DNA of 64,000 bases from Eledone cirrhosa (taxonomy: Eukaryota). The DNA lies in NCBI GenBank assembly GCA_964016885.1, contig OZ024740.1, positions 125,550,001-125,614,000 on the forward strand. The letters are read 5' to 3'. Under the pieces are notes generated by a model. It saw only the letters and a program-made list of their open reading frames with translations, did not search any database and was not told the DNA's origin. Made by a program: the position numbers and the translations under genes. Positions 1-12,117 of this stretch are shown in pieces (position 1 is the first letter of the stretch; each line of letters starts with the position of its first letter).

Positions 1-569
1 GCGATTTGCGTTGGACAAAGCATGTCTCTAAGAATGTCAAGAAGGCCGAGGATGTCTTGGCATCACTCAGCAAGGCCTTTGTTAGCCACTCTCCAGCCAT
101 CTATTTAAAGCATTGTACAGCTATGGTACGACCACACTTGGAATTCGCATCATCAGTCTGGAACCCCTAACTTGCTCAGAACATTGACCTCCTGGAAACT
201 GTTCAGAGATGTGGAACCAAGTGCATACCCTCCATCAGACACCTACCATACTCTGAACGCCTTGCTTCCCTGGGCATGGATTCATTGAAGCTCCGATGTC
301 TGGCAATGGACTTGGTAAACACCCACAAAGTTATTAACCATCTCGCCAACAACAACCCTGAGCACCTTTTTGATCTCCATGTGTCTAACACACGTCGACA
401 TGCCTACAAAATCAGAAAACAGCACAGCTCCCATGACTTTCAGAAACATTTTTTCACTCTCAGAGTTGCTGAAGCATGGAACAAACTGCCTGCGTCAGTT
501 GTTAGCTGCCGAGACACTGCATCCTTTAAAACCCTCATGCTTCCCGAAATTCGCCAAAACTACACCTGA
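1..569 (+). mobile_element. CR1/L2-group LINE ORF2 C-terminal fragment (pseudogene)
   Basis: The frame reads MVRPHLEFASSVWNP*...LETVQR...YSERLASLG...FFTLRVAEAWNKLP, typical of CR1-type RT C-termini. In-frame TAA at 168-170. Confidence 0.85.
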
Positions 570-945
570 TGTACCCCTTCCATACACATGCACACAGCCT
601 CAAAACTACTATGTAATACTCTTTGTTGATTTTTCAGAAACACTTTTATGATTAATACTTTTTACATGCTTTATTAAGGTGTCTTCACCATAATTTTATT
701 TAGAAAATGTTAGTACATGAGCACATGCCCAATTCTGTTTTTTAGTTTAAGCAGCTTTATTAAGTTTAACTTATATCATTACTTTACAATTATGGAGTAA
801 GTTCATGAGTAAATGCTAGTAAGAGTATTTCAGTTAAATTGTTCCCTAACAGACAGAAAATATGGTCTTTAATTTCAGCAGCTTATATATATATACACGT
901 ATATAATTTATACTGTGTTTTTTCTTTGCTGCTTCCATTTATTTT

Positions 946-990
<45 letters not shown>

Positions 991-1012
991 TAAGAATGAA
1001 TAACCAGTTTAG

Positions 1013-1136
1013 ACTTATAACATGATTTTACTCTACGAACATTTCAATGTAGGACAGCAGGCCATACATCAATATATATACTGGGCATTAGCCTGCTGCT
1101 CTACATATCTTCAGGAGTATGAATGTTGTTACAAGT
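1013..1136 (-). ncRNA. type I hammerhead ribozyme-like motif with 62-nt stem II
   Basis: Minus strand reads TACTC-CTGAAGA-[T ATGTAG A GCAGCAGGCTA...TGGCCTGCTGT C CTACAT T]-GAAA-TGTTC-GTA-GAGTA. Stem I extends as ACTTGTAACA/TGTTATAAGT. Confidence 0.7.
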
Positions 1137-1229
1137 ACCCAGATACAAACAGGCAAAAGTAACATCATAATACAGATTAGACTCATATGGTATAAAAAAA
1201 CAGCATGCTCAGCGTTATTACTAATTAAT

Positions 1230-1362
1230 GGTTAATTAGTCACTAATATTTATTTATATATATTATATATTAAAATTAAATGAGAAAAAACTCTAAGTGT
1301 GAATAAACAAACTCAAACAAACCAGACGTTTGAGATGTTTGGATATTAGTGACTAATTAACC
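1230..1362. repeat. 20-bp perfect inverted repeat
   Basis: GGTTAATTAGTCACTAATAT (1230-1249) versus ATATTAGTGACTAATTAACC (1343-1362). Confidence 0.7.
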
Positions 1363-1700
1363 TTTAATTGATTATATATATATATATATATGTCTACACA
1401 CAAGTGCACATAGAATATATATATGGATATAAATTTAGTGAGTTCAATTGTGTGGGCTGGGTGCCTTTTATCATGGCAACAACAGGACTGCTTTACTGTG
1501 TGGGCTGAGAACCTTGGCAGGAGTGGTGTGTACAGATTGGGAAGGTGGGTGTTTGGGTGTGTGAGGGGCTCAGTGTTATGATCTGGGAGATAAGTAGAAG
1601 GGGGTGGCATGGAGCACATTGGATGTATGCTTCAGCCCGTGCTCATGGCAGGTGTATGGAAGAGTCGGATGGCATGGAGATGTAGGTGGTGTACACTATA

Positions 1701-1870
1701 TACAGGGTGGGGCAGATAGGTTGCCCCGATTTCAAAGGTTAATAAAAAACAAATACATGATCATAAGAGAAAACTTTGCATTTATAAGTACATTACATGC
1801 CATTGTGGTTTAAGGGGTTTTGAAAATTGTATCACTTAAGTGACGACCGCTAATGTCAAAGTTTTGAAGT
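1701..1870 (+). mobile_element. possible Tc1/mariner-type terminal fragment
   Basis: TA|CAGGGTGGGGC start resembles Tc1/mariner TIR ends. No partner TIR seen. Confidence 0.3.
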
Positions 1871-2099
1871 CTCTCTCAAAGTTCACCATAGCGGTCCTAG
1901 GACGGCCAGGACTTTTCTTTTTTAAAGCCGATAATATTATATATAATAAAGTACCAGTAATTTACACCTCACTTTACATATGGCCATTAGCTTTATTAAT
2001 ATAGATAGAGATTGACAGAATTTTAATCCATGATACATTAAAAAAAAATGACAATATTATATATAAACTGCAAAATATAGGAATGTTTATTTAAGTGAT

Positions 2100-2325
2100 C
2101 ACTAACCGGAAGTGTTGACATTTGAAAATTTTAAAGAAGTGAATCATTAAATAAACAATAAAATATCTTTAATCAAGAATAACGAAATTTAGTAGACAAA
2201 AATACCCTCACTTTCTTCCTTGGAAAACGTTACATCTATGGTGCAAATTTGGTGCCGTTTGGTCCAGCCGTTTTGCCAAAAGTTGTTACATACATACATA
2301 CGGCCGTCAGATTTATTAATATATA
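2100..2325 (+). mobile_element. non-autonomous Helitron/Helentron-like remnant
   Basis: GTGCAAATTTGG...GGTCCAGCCGTTTT followed by (TACA)n and TTTATTAATATA, a layout resembling microsatellite-bearing helitron-like elements. Confidence 0.35.
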
Positions 2326-2498
2326 TATATATGTCCAATATATATATATATACATATGTATGCATATATGTCCAATATATATCTATATATATATATATTT
2401 ATGTATATATATATATATATATATACATATGCATATGTATGGATATATCTTAGATTCATATGCATATGTATGCATATATATCCAATATATATCCATAA

Positions 2499-2575
<77 letters not shown>

Positions 2576-2655
2576 CATACATATACATATGTATGGATAT
2601 ATATTGGATATATATATATATATACACACACATATATATGTATATTTATATATAG
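2320..2655. repeat. interrupted (TA)n microsatellite
   Basis: Directly visible. Confidence 0.9.
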
Positions 2656-2924
2656 AAACATGATTGGAAATATCTCAGAATGAAGAAATATAGGAATTAT
2701 AAAAAGACTTCCTCAGTTTTTTTGTTAATGTGATTTTCAAATTTATTTCATATTATATATTCAAACATTACGGAAACTATTTCAGATTACTACTCTATCA
2801 CATATAATGTGTTTACATAAATATTTTCAATGAATATATAATATTTTCTTAATATTTTAAATGCCTAAACAAGATACTTTTTGTATAACATAGACCTGCA
2901 GGTGTGTATATATAAAATCTGGTC

Positions 2925-2929
<5 letters not shown>

Positions 2930-3004
<75 letters not shown>

Positions 3005-3033
3005 AGCATGTATATATATATATATATATATAT
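2930..3033. repeat. compound (CT)n/(CA)n/(TA)n microsatellite
   Basis: Directly visible. Confidence 0.95.
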
Positions 3034-4559
3034 CATGATCATCATCATCCACATCATCATGATTATCAACATTATCGTCATTTTTACGTCTCTTTTTTCA
3101 GGCTTGCATGAGTTTGATAGTTCCTTTTCAGCACTACATCTCTCATATCATTACATTTCTTCATCAACCTCTACTGTGGCTTCCTTCTACTCAGATTTCC
3201 TGGTACTTCTTCACCCACTGATTATCATCAATACACATCATATGCGTCTACTAAGGTAGCTTTCTCTCTTTTTAAAACCAGTTTCTCTCTCAGTTCATCC
3301 AAACTCTGTCTTTTTTCTATGTTTATATGCATACACAATATAGATTGCATTGAGTTGTGTAATAAAATGTATACCTAATATGTGACACTGTTTGATCAAC
3401 TTAAGCAGTTGATTGATAAATTCATTAGAGTGCAGAACAAATTGCTTGTAGTATTTGTTCTGACTCTGCATTCTGAATTCAAATCTTGCCAAGGTCAACT
3501 GAAAAATACAAATCCTGTTTGGAGGATTAGTGAAACTCTTCCAGCATTTACATTCTGGATATCTAGGTAGTAGACTTCATTTCTCACCCAGTTTATCATC
3601 TACACCTGGTCCCTTTGTGTCTTTAGGAGAATTCATTCTGTTTTAAGCATTTTGGCCAGGTCTTCAGTTTGAGTATAACTTCTGCCCTTCTTCTCACTAG
3701 TCTTGGGGACTCTGAAACATAAAAGAGTTATACGTGCTGCCCTTTCCTCTCTAACTAAGTGGTAAAAAGCAATACAATTGATGCATTTGTATATTACAAA
3801 CCATTTACGAAATGGGGCCTAAAATACATTGAACATCAGAGAAAGTTAACTTATGAATGCAATCTGTTATTCTGATGTTGTTAGAATGGCTATCATCTAC
3901 ATTGAATGTGTGATTGAACACATGAGGTCACATAGACATTCAGAAATTTAATATGCCAATTACAAAATGGCTTTTGACTTATCACTGCATTTTGATTTTA
4001 TTATTTATAACTGATACTGCGATTGAATTCATTCATTCATAGCTTTATATCTATATTCTATATCCAGTATTGCGTATCAAAAATGGCTTTGAATACTTCT
4101 GATTTTATTGATGTTTTAATATATTGATTCTTTACATAAATATTTGGTATTTTGGTTGTAGAGGAAGATAAATAAAACTGTACATTTAAGCCTTTCTGAG
4201 AACTTTTTATAATGTAAATGAAATGAAATGACTACAGCTGAAAATATAACTTCTGTAACAGACGCATCAGGAGCTTATCTCTTCTCTATGTGGCTTCATG
4301 GCAATTAATTATATTATTATGCACAGATAGCATATTTGGTACAATCAATAATGATACAACTAAGTGCTTTATGGTATCAAATTTGATTCCACTTAGTTCA
4401 GGGTTCAATTCTGCTAATAATCTAAGTTGATATCAATTTAAGAGCTTTTGTTATTTGCTTGATAAGGGATTTTTATAGAGAATTTTATTAGAGTGAATTA
4501 AGCTATTTCATGACTTAATCCTTCTTATTCCATGATGCATAGTTGGTACCAATGGAAGT

Positions 4560-4743
4560 AATAATTGTTTCTACTTTTGGCACAAGGCCAGCAATTACCC
4601 AGTACATTACTGGTACTTTATTTTATCGACCCCGTTAGGATAAAAGGCAAAGTTAACCTCGGCGGGATTTGAACTCAGACCATAAAGGGACGTAACTCTT
4701 TGCTGCAAAGTATGGCGTCTGGCCCTCTACCGATACTGCCAAT
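4560..4743 (-). mobile_element. tRNA-derived SINE (family A)
   Basis: Reverse complement has an A-box-like TGGCAGTATCGG and B box GAGTTCAAATCCC, then CCTTTTATCCTAACGGGGTCGATAAAATAAAGTACCAG and tail GGCCTTGTGCCAAAAGTAGAAAC. Homologous copies at 15272, 18160, 27067 and 27949. Confidence 0.85.
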
Positions 4744-6709
4744 CTGAAGTAATAATGTGACATAATCATATAATAGACATACACTTTTAACAGAGATGTA
4801 ACTACTTATAACTAATAAGTCAAATAAGTCACGTTACTCTAAGCAATGGTAGCAACATTAGTTGTCTCACCAGTACGAGAGAGACAGGCATTTTGAACTG
4901 AAGAGAGAGGTCTCTTTATTTTGAGGAAGCCACTTTTGCATACACATGCATGCACACACACACCTGCACACATATGCATGCATGCACACAAACACTCACA
5001 CAGATTATATTTCTTCAGTGACAATTTTTATAAGAGGTTTTTAACCTTATCATTCCATATCAACCTACACATTTCAATAAGTTTGATGCCCATTTCAATA
5101 TGAAAATAAATCAGGTGTTAAAAAGATGTGTAAAATTTAGAAAAAATTGCCATCTACCAAAATATTTAAATTGCTTCTTTGTAGGGTATCTGCTCCATGT
5201 TCAAAATCATAGGTATATACCACTCATTGATTTATTAGTGCAATAGCGATATTTGTGTCATTCATGTTGCCAATTATTCAAATGTCATTCTGGCTGCTAA
5301 TCATTAATAAGAAGCATGTTTCCTTTTCTTGACAAAATATACAGTCAGCATTTGTCATATTCTACTTAATTTGATAATCAATTCTGTAGTTATCTGCTAA
5401 AAATATTCATACTCACTTAATCTTTAACTTTGAAAAAAAATCAATAATCGATTTTTTTTTCTGGCTCAAAACCATATTTTGTTCATTTTAGTCTATAGAT
5501 AATGGACTCAAATCCAGAGAATGACTGGTATTTGTGTATTATTATTTAGCATATTATAGAGAAATACTTATATCGCAGACAGCTGCTCTGGCATTCATAA
5601 AAATCACACACATACATACGTACACACACACACATACACACATATATATATATATACACACACACACATATATATATGTGTGTGTGTAGGTTGAATGAGT
5701 GAATGAATGAAAACATGATAATCCCCTGCCACTTTCAAAACAGCAAACAAATGGAGTATAGTTTTTCAATGAAGTTTTATATCAAAATATTAACAGATTA
5801 ACTTATAGGACTGACCTTTTGAACATTGCCCTTCAGTGCTGCTTTATTGTTATTTCATTACATTTCCATAATCAATGTAGCATAGGTTGCAATAAACAAA
5901 ACACAATGGGCATTAGTTTGTAATGTATTTGTATTTTCTCAGTTTATTTATTTGTTAGTTTTATTAAAAATTTATGGATTAACAAGTGCTGCTAATAATG
6001 TACTTATGTGTTATACAATACTAAGGTCAACCTCAATTTTCTCCTTTAGCCTTTAAACTGACTGACAATTGAGAATAGATTATATACCCACAGCTGTAAA
6101 AACAATGAACTGAATTTATGATTAAATACTTTGTTATTCATGTTTCTAATATTATGAGTATTAATGGGAAAAAGGCAGTGGTGATGGTGCCTCTATTAGC
6201 TAATCAATTTTAATGTTGTTATTTTCATTGGATTCGTTTTGACACCAATATGTTTACAAGAAGCAGAGGATGTGATGGAACAGAAAAATGTACCAGTAAT
6301 GTAGTAATTCCTATAAATCATTGAATCATTTGAAGCAGTGAAGATTTTGTCTTCATGTTCTATCCATGTTGTATCAGCTCAAATCAATTTGGTAAAAGCA
6401 GATTTCTTCAAGCATTATTTAGGAGAATATTTGATATATTGGCTCTACATATTTCAGAACTTGAAATATAATTGAAATGAATGAATCAGCAATACAAAAC
6501 CTTTCTGGACAAGATAATGATTATAAAAGGAAAGAACAGATGTTTTCTTTTTCAAATGCAATACAATCTACTTGAAATCTGAATGTGAAAAGGATTGAAA
6601 TACAATACATTTTCCTAATATGGCTCAAAGACTGCAATCAAATTCTGCTAAATAACTATACTATTAAAATATAGGTTTAGGCCTTTATACTCTCTTTAAA
6701 ATCTCTTCT

Positions 6710-7205
6710 TTCTTCTTCTTTTCCTTTGCTTACTTATTCCTGTGAAACTTGTGGGGAAAAACTCCTGAAACACTTTATCCAGCAGTTCCTATCAGAAGCA
6801 ACCATCTCCAACTGATTTGGTTGGATAACAGAAGTGAGACCAGCCATGCTCATGGATGTTTTCCAACTATCTTGTTCGGGGTCTACCTCTGGGATTACTA
6901 CTAGTTGGTTTTGCCTTTAAAATCTGTCCAGCCATTCCTTCCTGAGATATTCTAACTACATGCACATAATATCGGAGCTGTGAACTCTTAATTGTGAGAA
7001 GTATTATTTCTACATGAAGTGACTCTCTGATTTTTGAGCTACGCACTCTAGCAAGAAACTTTACTCCAAAGGCCCTTCAGAGGAACTCTGTTTTGGCTGC
7101 TTGTATTCGTGATCATATTTCTTTGGTCATTACCCATAATTCATGACAATATGTATGAGTTGGCATGTATACCAAATTGAAGATAGTGAGTTTGGCTTTT
7201 ACACC
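6710..7205 (-). mobile_element. RTE-clade (Rex3/Expander-like) LINE 3' fragment
   Basis: Minus strand reads KAKLTIF...PTHTYCHELWVMT...RIQAAKTEFL...QLRYYVHVVR...PRGRPRTR, with stops. Confidence 0.75.
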
Positions 7206-7209
7206 TAGA

Positions 7210-8220
7210 AGAAGAGAATTTATTATGACAAATGGCTATTTCATGCACATAAAAGTACTTCATGTTTGAAGTGGATACCTACAGAAACATTCTTTGTGAT
7301 AAAAGAAAAAACTGTTCCTGGTTTTAAAGCATCAAATGACCAAATCTTGATTTCAATGGAAGGAAATCCTGTAGAAAAATGTTAAACTAAGACCTATGTT
7401 TATAAGCTGTACTCAATATCCTTTGGTTCTCAGAGGACAAAGTCTGCAAGTATTATCAGTTAAATAAAAATGCATGGAAGATTCTTTCAAGACCTATTTC
7501 TGTCCATTAGTCAAATGATATAGTAAACAAAATAGCTTAGCTTTCTAATTTTGTTCCTTTTTGATAATATCCCTGGCTATCCTCTTTTGATAAATGACTT
7601 GAGTGTGCAGAAATGTAAAGATTGCATTTTTGTCCTGAAACATTGCATTCATTTTTGCAACCAATGAATTTTGAGTTAATTGCAAATTTCAAGATCAATT
7701 ATCTAAAAATCAATTTTGAAAAAGCAATACAAGACAGGTAGCCTAATTGTATTTGTCAGTTCCTGGAAAAAAATGTAGAAATACATTATAAAATATTTAA
7801 GATATTAAGCAGTAGTGATATTAAGCCATATAAGAACTTTATGGAAATAACTTTTGCCTCATTGTGAAAATGATTTTGTTTGTTTTAGCCAGCATGTAGC
7901 CATGCATGTTGATGAAATTGTTGCCATTGGACATTATTTATGTTTTAGTGAAATAAATTCTGCAAATGTACAGGAATTATTGAACTCAAATTATGAAGAT
8001 TTGCATGGTAGCAATCTTATAACATCAATCAACAATGATTCCAAGAATGACACATATACAAACCACTCTAAAACGTGAAATGACTTTATAGCAGTTTTAG
8101 AAATGTTTTTGAACAACTAAAGATTTGAAGCAACAACTTATAAACATTGATCCAAATCTTGAAAATAGCATGCAATTCTGCTGAATGATTGATATGAAAC
8201 TGAGAAGCTACAGAAAAAAG
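7210..8220 (+). pseudogene. degraded Tigger/pogo DDE transposase
   Basis: Fragments EKTVPGFKASNDQ, LFDNIPGYP and LQPMNFELIANFKINY match the Tigger motifs PGFKASKDR, DNAPGHP and QPMDQGVI. Many stops and frameshifts. Confidence 0.75.
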
Positions 8221-8221
8221 T

Positions 8222-8627
8222 ATCATCACCACCATCACCACTGTTTAACATCCATTTTCCACACTAGCATGGGTTAGATGTATTGTCCTGTTCTGAGACA
8301 AGTGAGATCTGATGAACGTGTCTTGCTCATACAGAACTGTTTCTGGCTGGGTTTCTATGGCTGCATGCTTTTCCTAACATCAAGCACAATAACAGTGTGA
8401 GGTGGGGGCTTTTTATCATGGCACCAAAATCACCAACAGACTGGTTGGACTGGGTGATTTTTGTTGTGTCACTAACACACCCACTTTACAGGGTGGATTG
8501 GGTGCTTTTTGTCATTTCACCAACATTACCAATTTACTGTGTAGAGTGGCTGCTTTTTTTGTTGTGTCACCATCATGACCGCCTTACAGGATTGAGTGGG
8601 TGCGCTTTTGTAATGACACCAGCATGA
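8222..8627 (-). mobile_element. old copy of RTE-type 3' tail / tail-bearing SINE with internal subrepeats
   Basis: TTTAACATCCATTTTCCACACTAGCATGGGTTAGA after (CAT/CAC)n matches the tails at 59593, 60921 and 63634. About 50-bp subrepeats follow. Confidence 0.6.
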
Positions 8628-8905
8628 AAAAAAGAGAAGAGTTTCCAAACTAGACTCAATAAATTTTTATCCAAAAAAATGTAAGGTTACATTCTATTCA
8701 TATAATAAATACATTTATAATTTTTATTATCTCATTTGTTATATATGTAGTTAAAGAGAAATATATGCAAAGAACAGGGAATTTGAAAAATATGTGAATT
8801 ACAATATTTTGTATGTGTATATTCAATATTTTATAATATATTTCTTTTAACACACCATTTTACAGTCATTAATAACAGTCTTAAATAGGAAACTAATGTA
8901 TATGC

Positions 8906-8969
<64 letters not shown>

Positions 8970-9177
8970 AGTGGTAGAACACTGGAAGGTAATATCCGTA
9001 GTGGTAGAGCATTCAATCCATGGGACGAGTTAGGTAGAAGTGGTTACACAACAGTTAGTTCACCATACCGAGAACAATTGTTTCACCTTAGCGGATCCTC
9101 AGTTTGACCGAGCCGAGGATCTGCTAAGGTGAAACAATTGTTATCGGTATGATGAACTAACAGTTGTGTAACCACTT
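8970..9177. mobile_element. small foldback element: inverted PLE-type termini with hammerhead cores
   Basis: 63-bp inverted arms (9038-9100 and 9115-9177). The arm consensus ACCGAG-CTGAGGA-TCCGCTAAGGT-GAAAC-AATT-GTT-CTCGGT is a type I hammerhead. Flanked on both sides by (TA)n. Confidence 0.7.
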
Positions 9178-9179
9178 GT

Positions 9180-9330
<151 letters not shown>

Positions 9331-10359
9331 TTAAAATAACGGATTAAAGTTTAAGCAAAGGATCGCTACTTCCACACATACGGGATCTTCTGAAACTAAA
9401 AATATCAATCTGTGAACGCAGAAGTAAATCTTTCGAAAACGTTGCAACCGTGGGAAAACAGGAAGGCGATACTTTGGTTCGTGAAGACGTTCCCTGGCAA
9501 TGAACTGAAAAAAGCGAAGATAAAACGTCGTTACATGGAGCGGTGAGAACAAATAGACGCAAAGACAAAACCACGTTTATGGTATAAATGAAGTCGTAGA
9601 TTAATATTCTATTTAGGAAACCGAATGATTCTCGGCTTCAGAGTTAAGAATAATGTAAATAAATTAGTATAACGAAAATGACAGAGGTTATTAAAATCAA
9701 ATAATTAAATATATACATACACGTATCTATATACGTACATACACAGGCATACGCAAAACACCCGCCATGCATGCATATACATGCTCGTACACATAAACAC
9801 ATGCACACATACATGAATCCGTGCGACACCTGTACCCGCCCACATACGAACATATACTCCAAATACACATAAAAAAATATATTTATATATATATATATGT
9901 GTGTGTGTATGTGTATAGATATAATTATATAAACGTATATGAATATACACACATAAGTGCGTATATACCGCGCGCGCACACATACCTACAGGTAAATACA
10001 CATACGTTCACCAAACGTACATCACCAAAACACAATGTACACATATACACACCTTACATACGTGCAAACTCGCATACATTCATACGCCCACAAACACAAA
10101 ATACATATATACACATAACCATATACACATACCAGTATATATAATATAATATATACACCTATAACACATACAAGCATATAAACGTACGAGAAATTATACG
10201 TACCTTCACAAAACATACGGGTAAGGAATACTTACCTATACAAATAAGTAATGGTATAAGCATAAGATATACTTAACTACCACATCAAGACGTAAATTAT
10301 CCGAGTATTGTTCGTACTATCTGTTAGGGTATAATGTGGGTCTGTAATACAGGAAAGTT

Positions 10360-11915
10360 TTATGCAAATTTGTGTTTACAAGCCGAAATTGCCTCAGATT
10401 TTTTGTTTAAGATGTGGTCATTGGCGTAGAGTATTTCCATCGCTTCAGCGGCGCAAAGTTCACAAGGTCTTTTATTTTCGTTATACGATCTAGCCCTAAC
10501 TAGGATCTCGCAGTGTAACCTATATTGGGTGTGGTTGTCTTTTAGACTCCAGATCTAAGCTGAAAGTCACGTCATATTCCTTCTTAAAGGGTGAAGAAAA
10601 AAGTGGGTGTGCATGTAAAGACGCTGCTTGAATCTATTGGTGGTTAACCCTATGTAGACCCTACGGGACGTGGGTGTTTCGACCTTACATTTGTAGACAA
10701 TGTTACTGGAGAGGCATTTCCCGGATAGAGAGCAGTCAGCCCGATTTCTACAATTATAGTTAGTACTAGCTACAGATTTGCACATGTTCCTACGGCGAGA
10801 TAATTTAGCTAAATTTGAAGCAGTGATGTTATGTGCAATGTTAGGAGTCGAAGAATAAGATATTTTAATGGTATTTCTATTAAAAATATTATTATATTTA
10901 TGTGCTGAGGGGAAATGCTTCTTAATAAGGGAGAGGAAGATCTTAGCTAATGGTGTGGCCACCTCCATATTATATGGTGGGTTATACCATATAATGCGTC
11001 GGGATCTATTTTTCCTAGGTCTATGCTCATACTTAGTATATGCTACCTTATCGACAAATCCGCTCCGAGCAAGAGCTTCATTGTAATATGTGGAATGGTT
11101 GGTGAAAATATGCTCGTTTGTAGATAGACGGGAAGCCGCAAAGAAACGTTTCTTACCAGGTTCTTGGTTATGCTGACAGGATGGTTAGAATGCTTACTTA
11201 TGTAATTAAGCGTATCATTCGGCTTTCTATACGGGTAATGCAAGCCATTCGACAAATTGAGGGTAACGTCGAAGTAATTAACGACTGAGAGGTTGGCCCC
11301 AACCTGTATTGAGAGGTTGAAGCCTTTAAAGAAGGCTGTGAGTTCTTTTCTGAACCTGTCGCAAGCGCGTGGACCGCACTTTGTCATGGTCAAAAGAACA
11401 TCATCGCGGTACAAACCACCACCCACATTGGGGAATTCTTCCTTGATAGAGAAAAGTAGGAAAAGGCCGATAAGGTCTGTAACCGCTGCCGAATCGCTGG
11501 CGCCCATACTCACGTCGAATGGGGTACTATTAGATTTTTGTATTCAAATAGAGTCGTCGAAATTAATCACCGACTTACGAGCATTGAGGATGACACCAAC
11601 TTCGAAATCCTTAACCACTGTGAGCGTTTTAGCGAAATTGATAGCTCTAAGAAGTGGTAAAGTGATGAAGGAATAGTAGTTATTGATGTCGAATTGGATA
11701 CGACGTTAATGTTCCTTGTTGCATATGCCATTGAACCAATCAATCACCGCGAAAGAATTATTCCACAGTGCAAGAGGGGCCAAGCTTCTAATTTCAGGTA
11801 TAATTATGTCTAAAATCCTTTTACTAAGTCTACCTAAATCAGACTTCGTAGGGTTAATTAGCCGAATAGAGGGGCTGTTGGAGAAATTGGGTTTGTGATC
11901 CTTCAGTGTAAAGTT
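10360..11915 (-). pseudogene. PLE reverse transcriptase + GIY-YIG endonuclease (Naiad-like), disrupted
   Basis: Motifs TLKDHKPNF...RLINPTKSDLG, FDVSMG, GLYRDD, YFDVTLNL, NCRNRADCSLSGKC, IVYKC...VYIG...FKQR and CELC...LNKKSE...CKH. Several stops and frameshifts. Confidence 0.9.
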
Positions 11916-12066
11916 GAATATAAGTCAATAGAGTGCTCAACCGAGGGAGCCAAATAGTAAGAATAATAAATGCGAAGACTGAAATCCAAAGAGGGCTCGA
12001 TAAGGATAAATATATATCAAATATATAAGAACCCTAGAGCAAATATTTATTAAAATAACAGATTAA

Positions 12067-12117
12067 AGTTTAAGCAAAGAATCGCTGCTTTCACCCTTAA
12101 CGGGATCTTCTGAAACT
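12067..12117 (-). ncRNA. hammerhead-like motif with CAGAAGA core variant
   Basis: Minus strand reads AGTTT-CAGAAGA-TCCC GTTAA GGGT-GAA-AGCA GCGATTCTT TGCT-T-AAACT. Degenerate second copy at 9348-9397. Confidence 0.55.

Noticed and set aside
10555-10569. In-frame TGA in the PLE1 endonuclease as possible selenocysteine (some Naiad PLEs are selenoproteins)
   Set aside because: Not at a Cys position, followed by a TAG four codons later, and the copy has other disruptions. PLE2 has ordinary Cys codons. No SECIS identified by eye.
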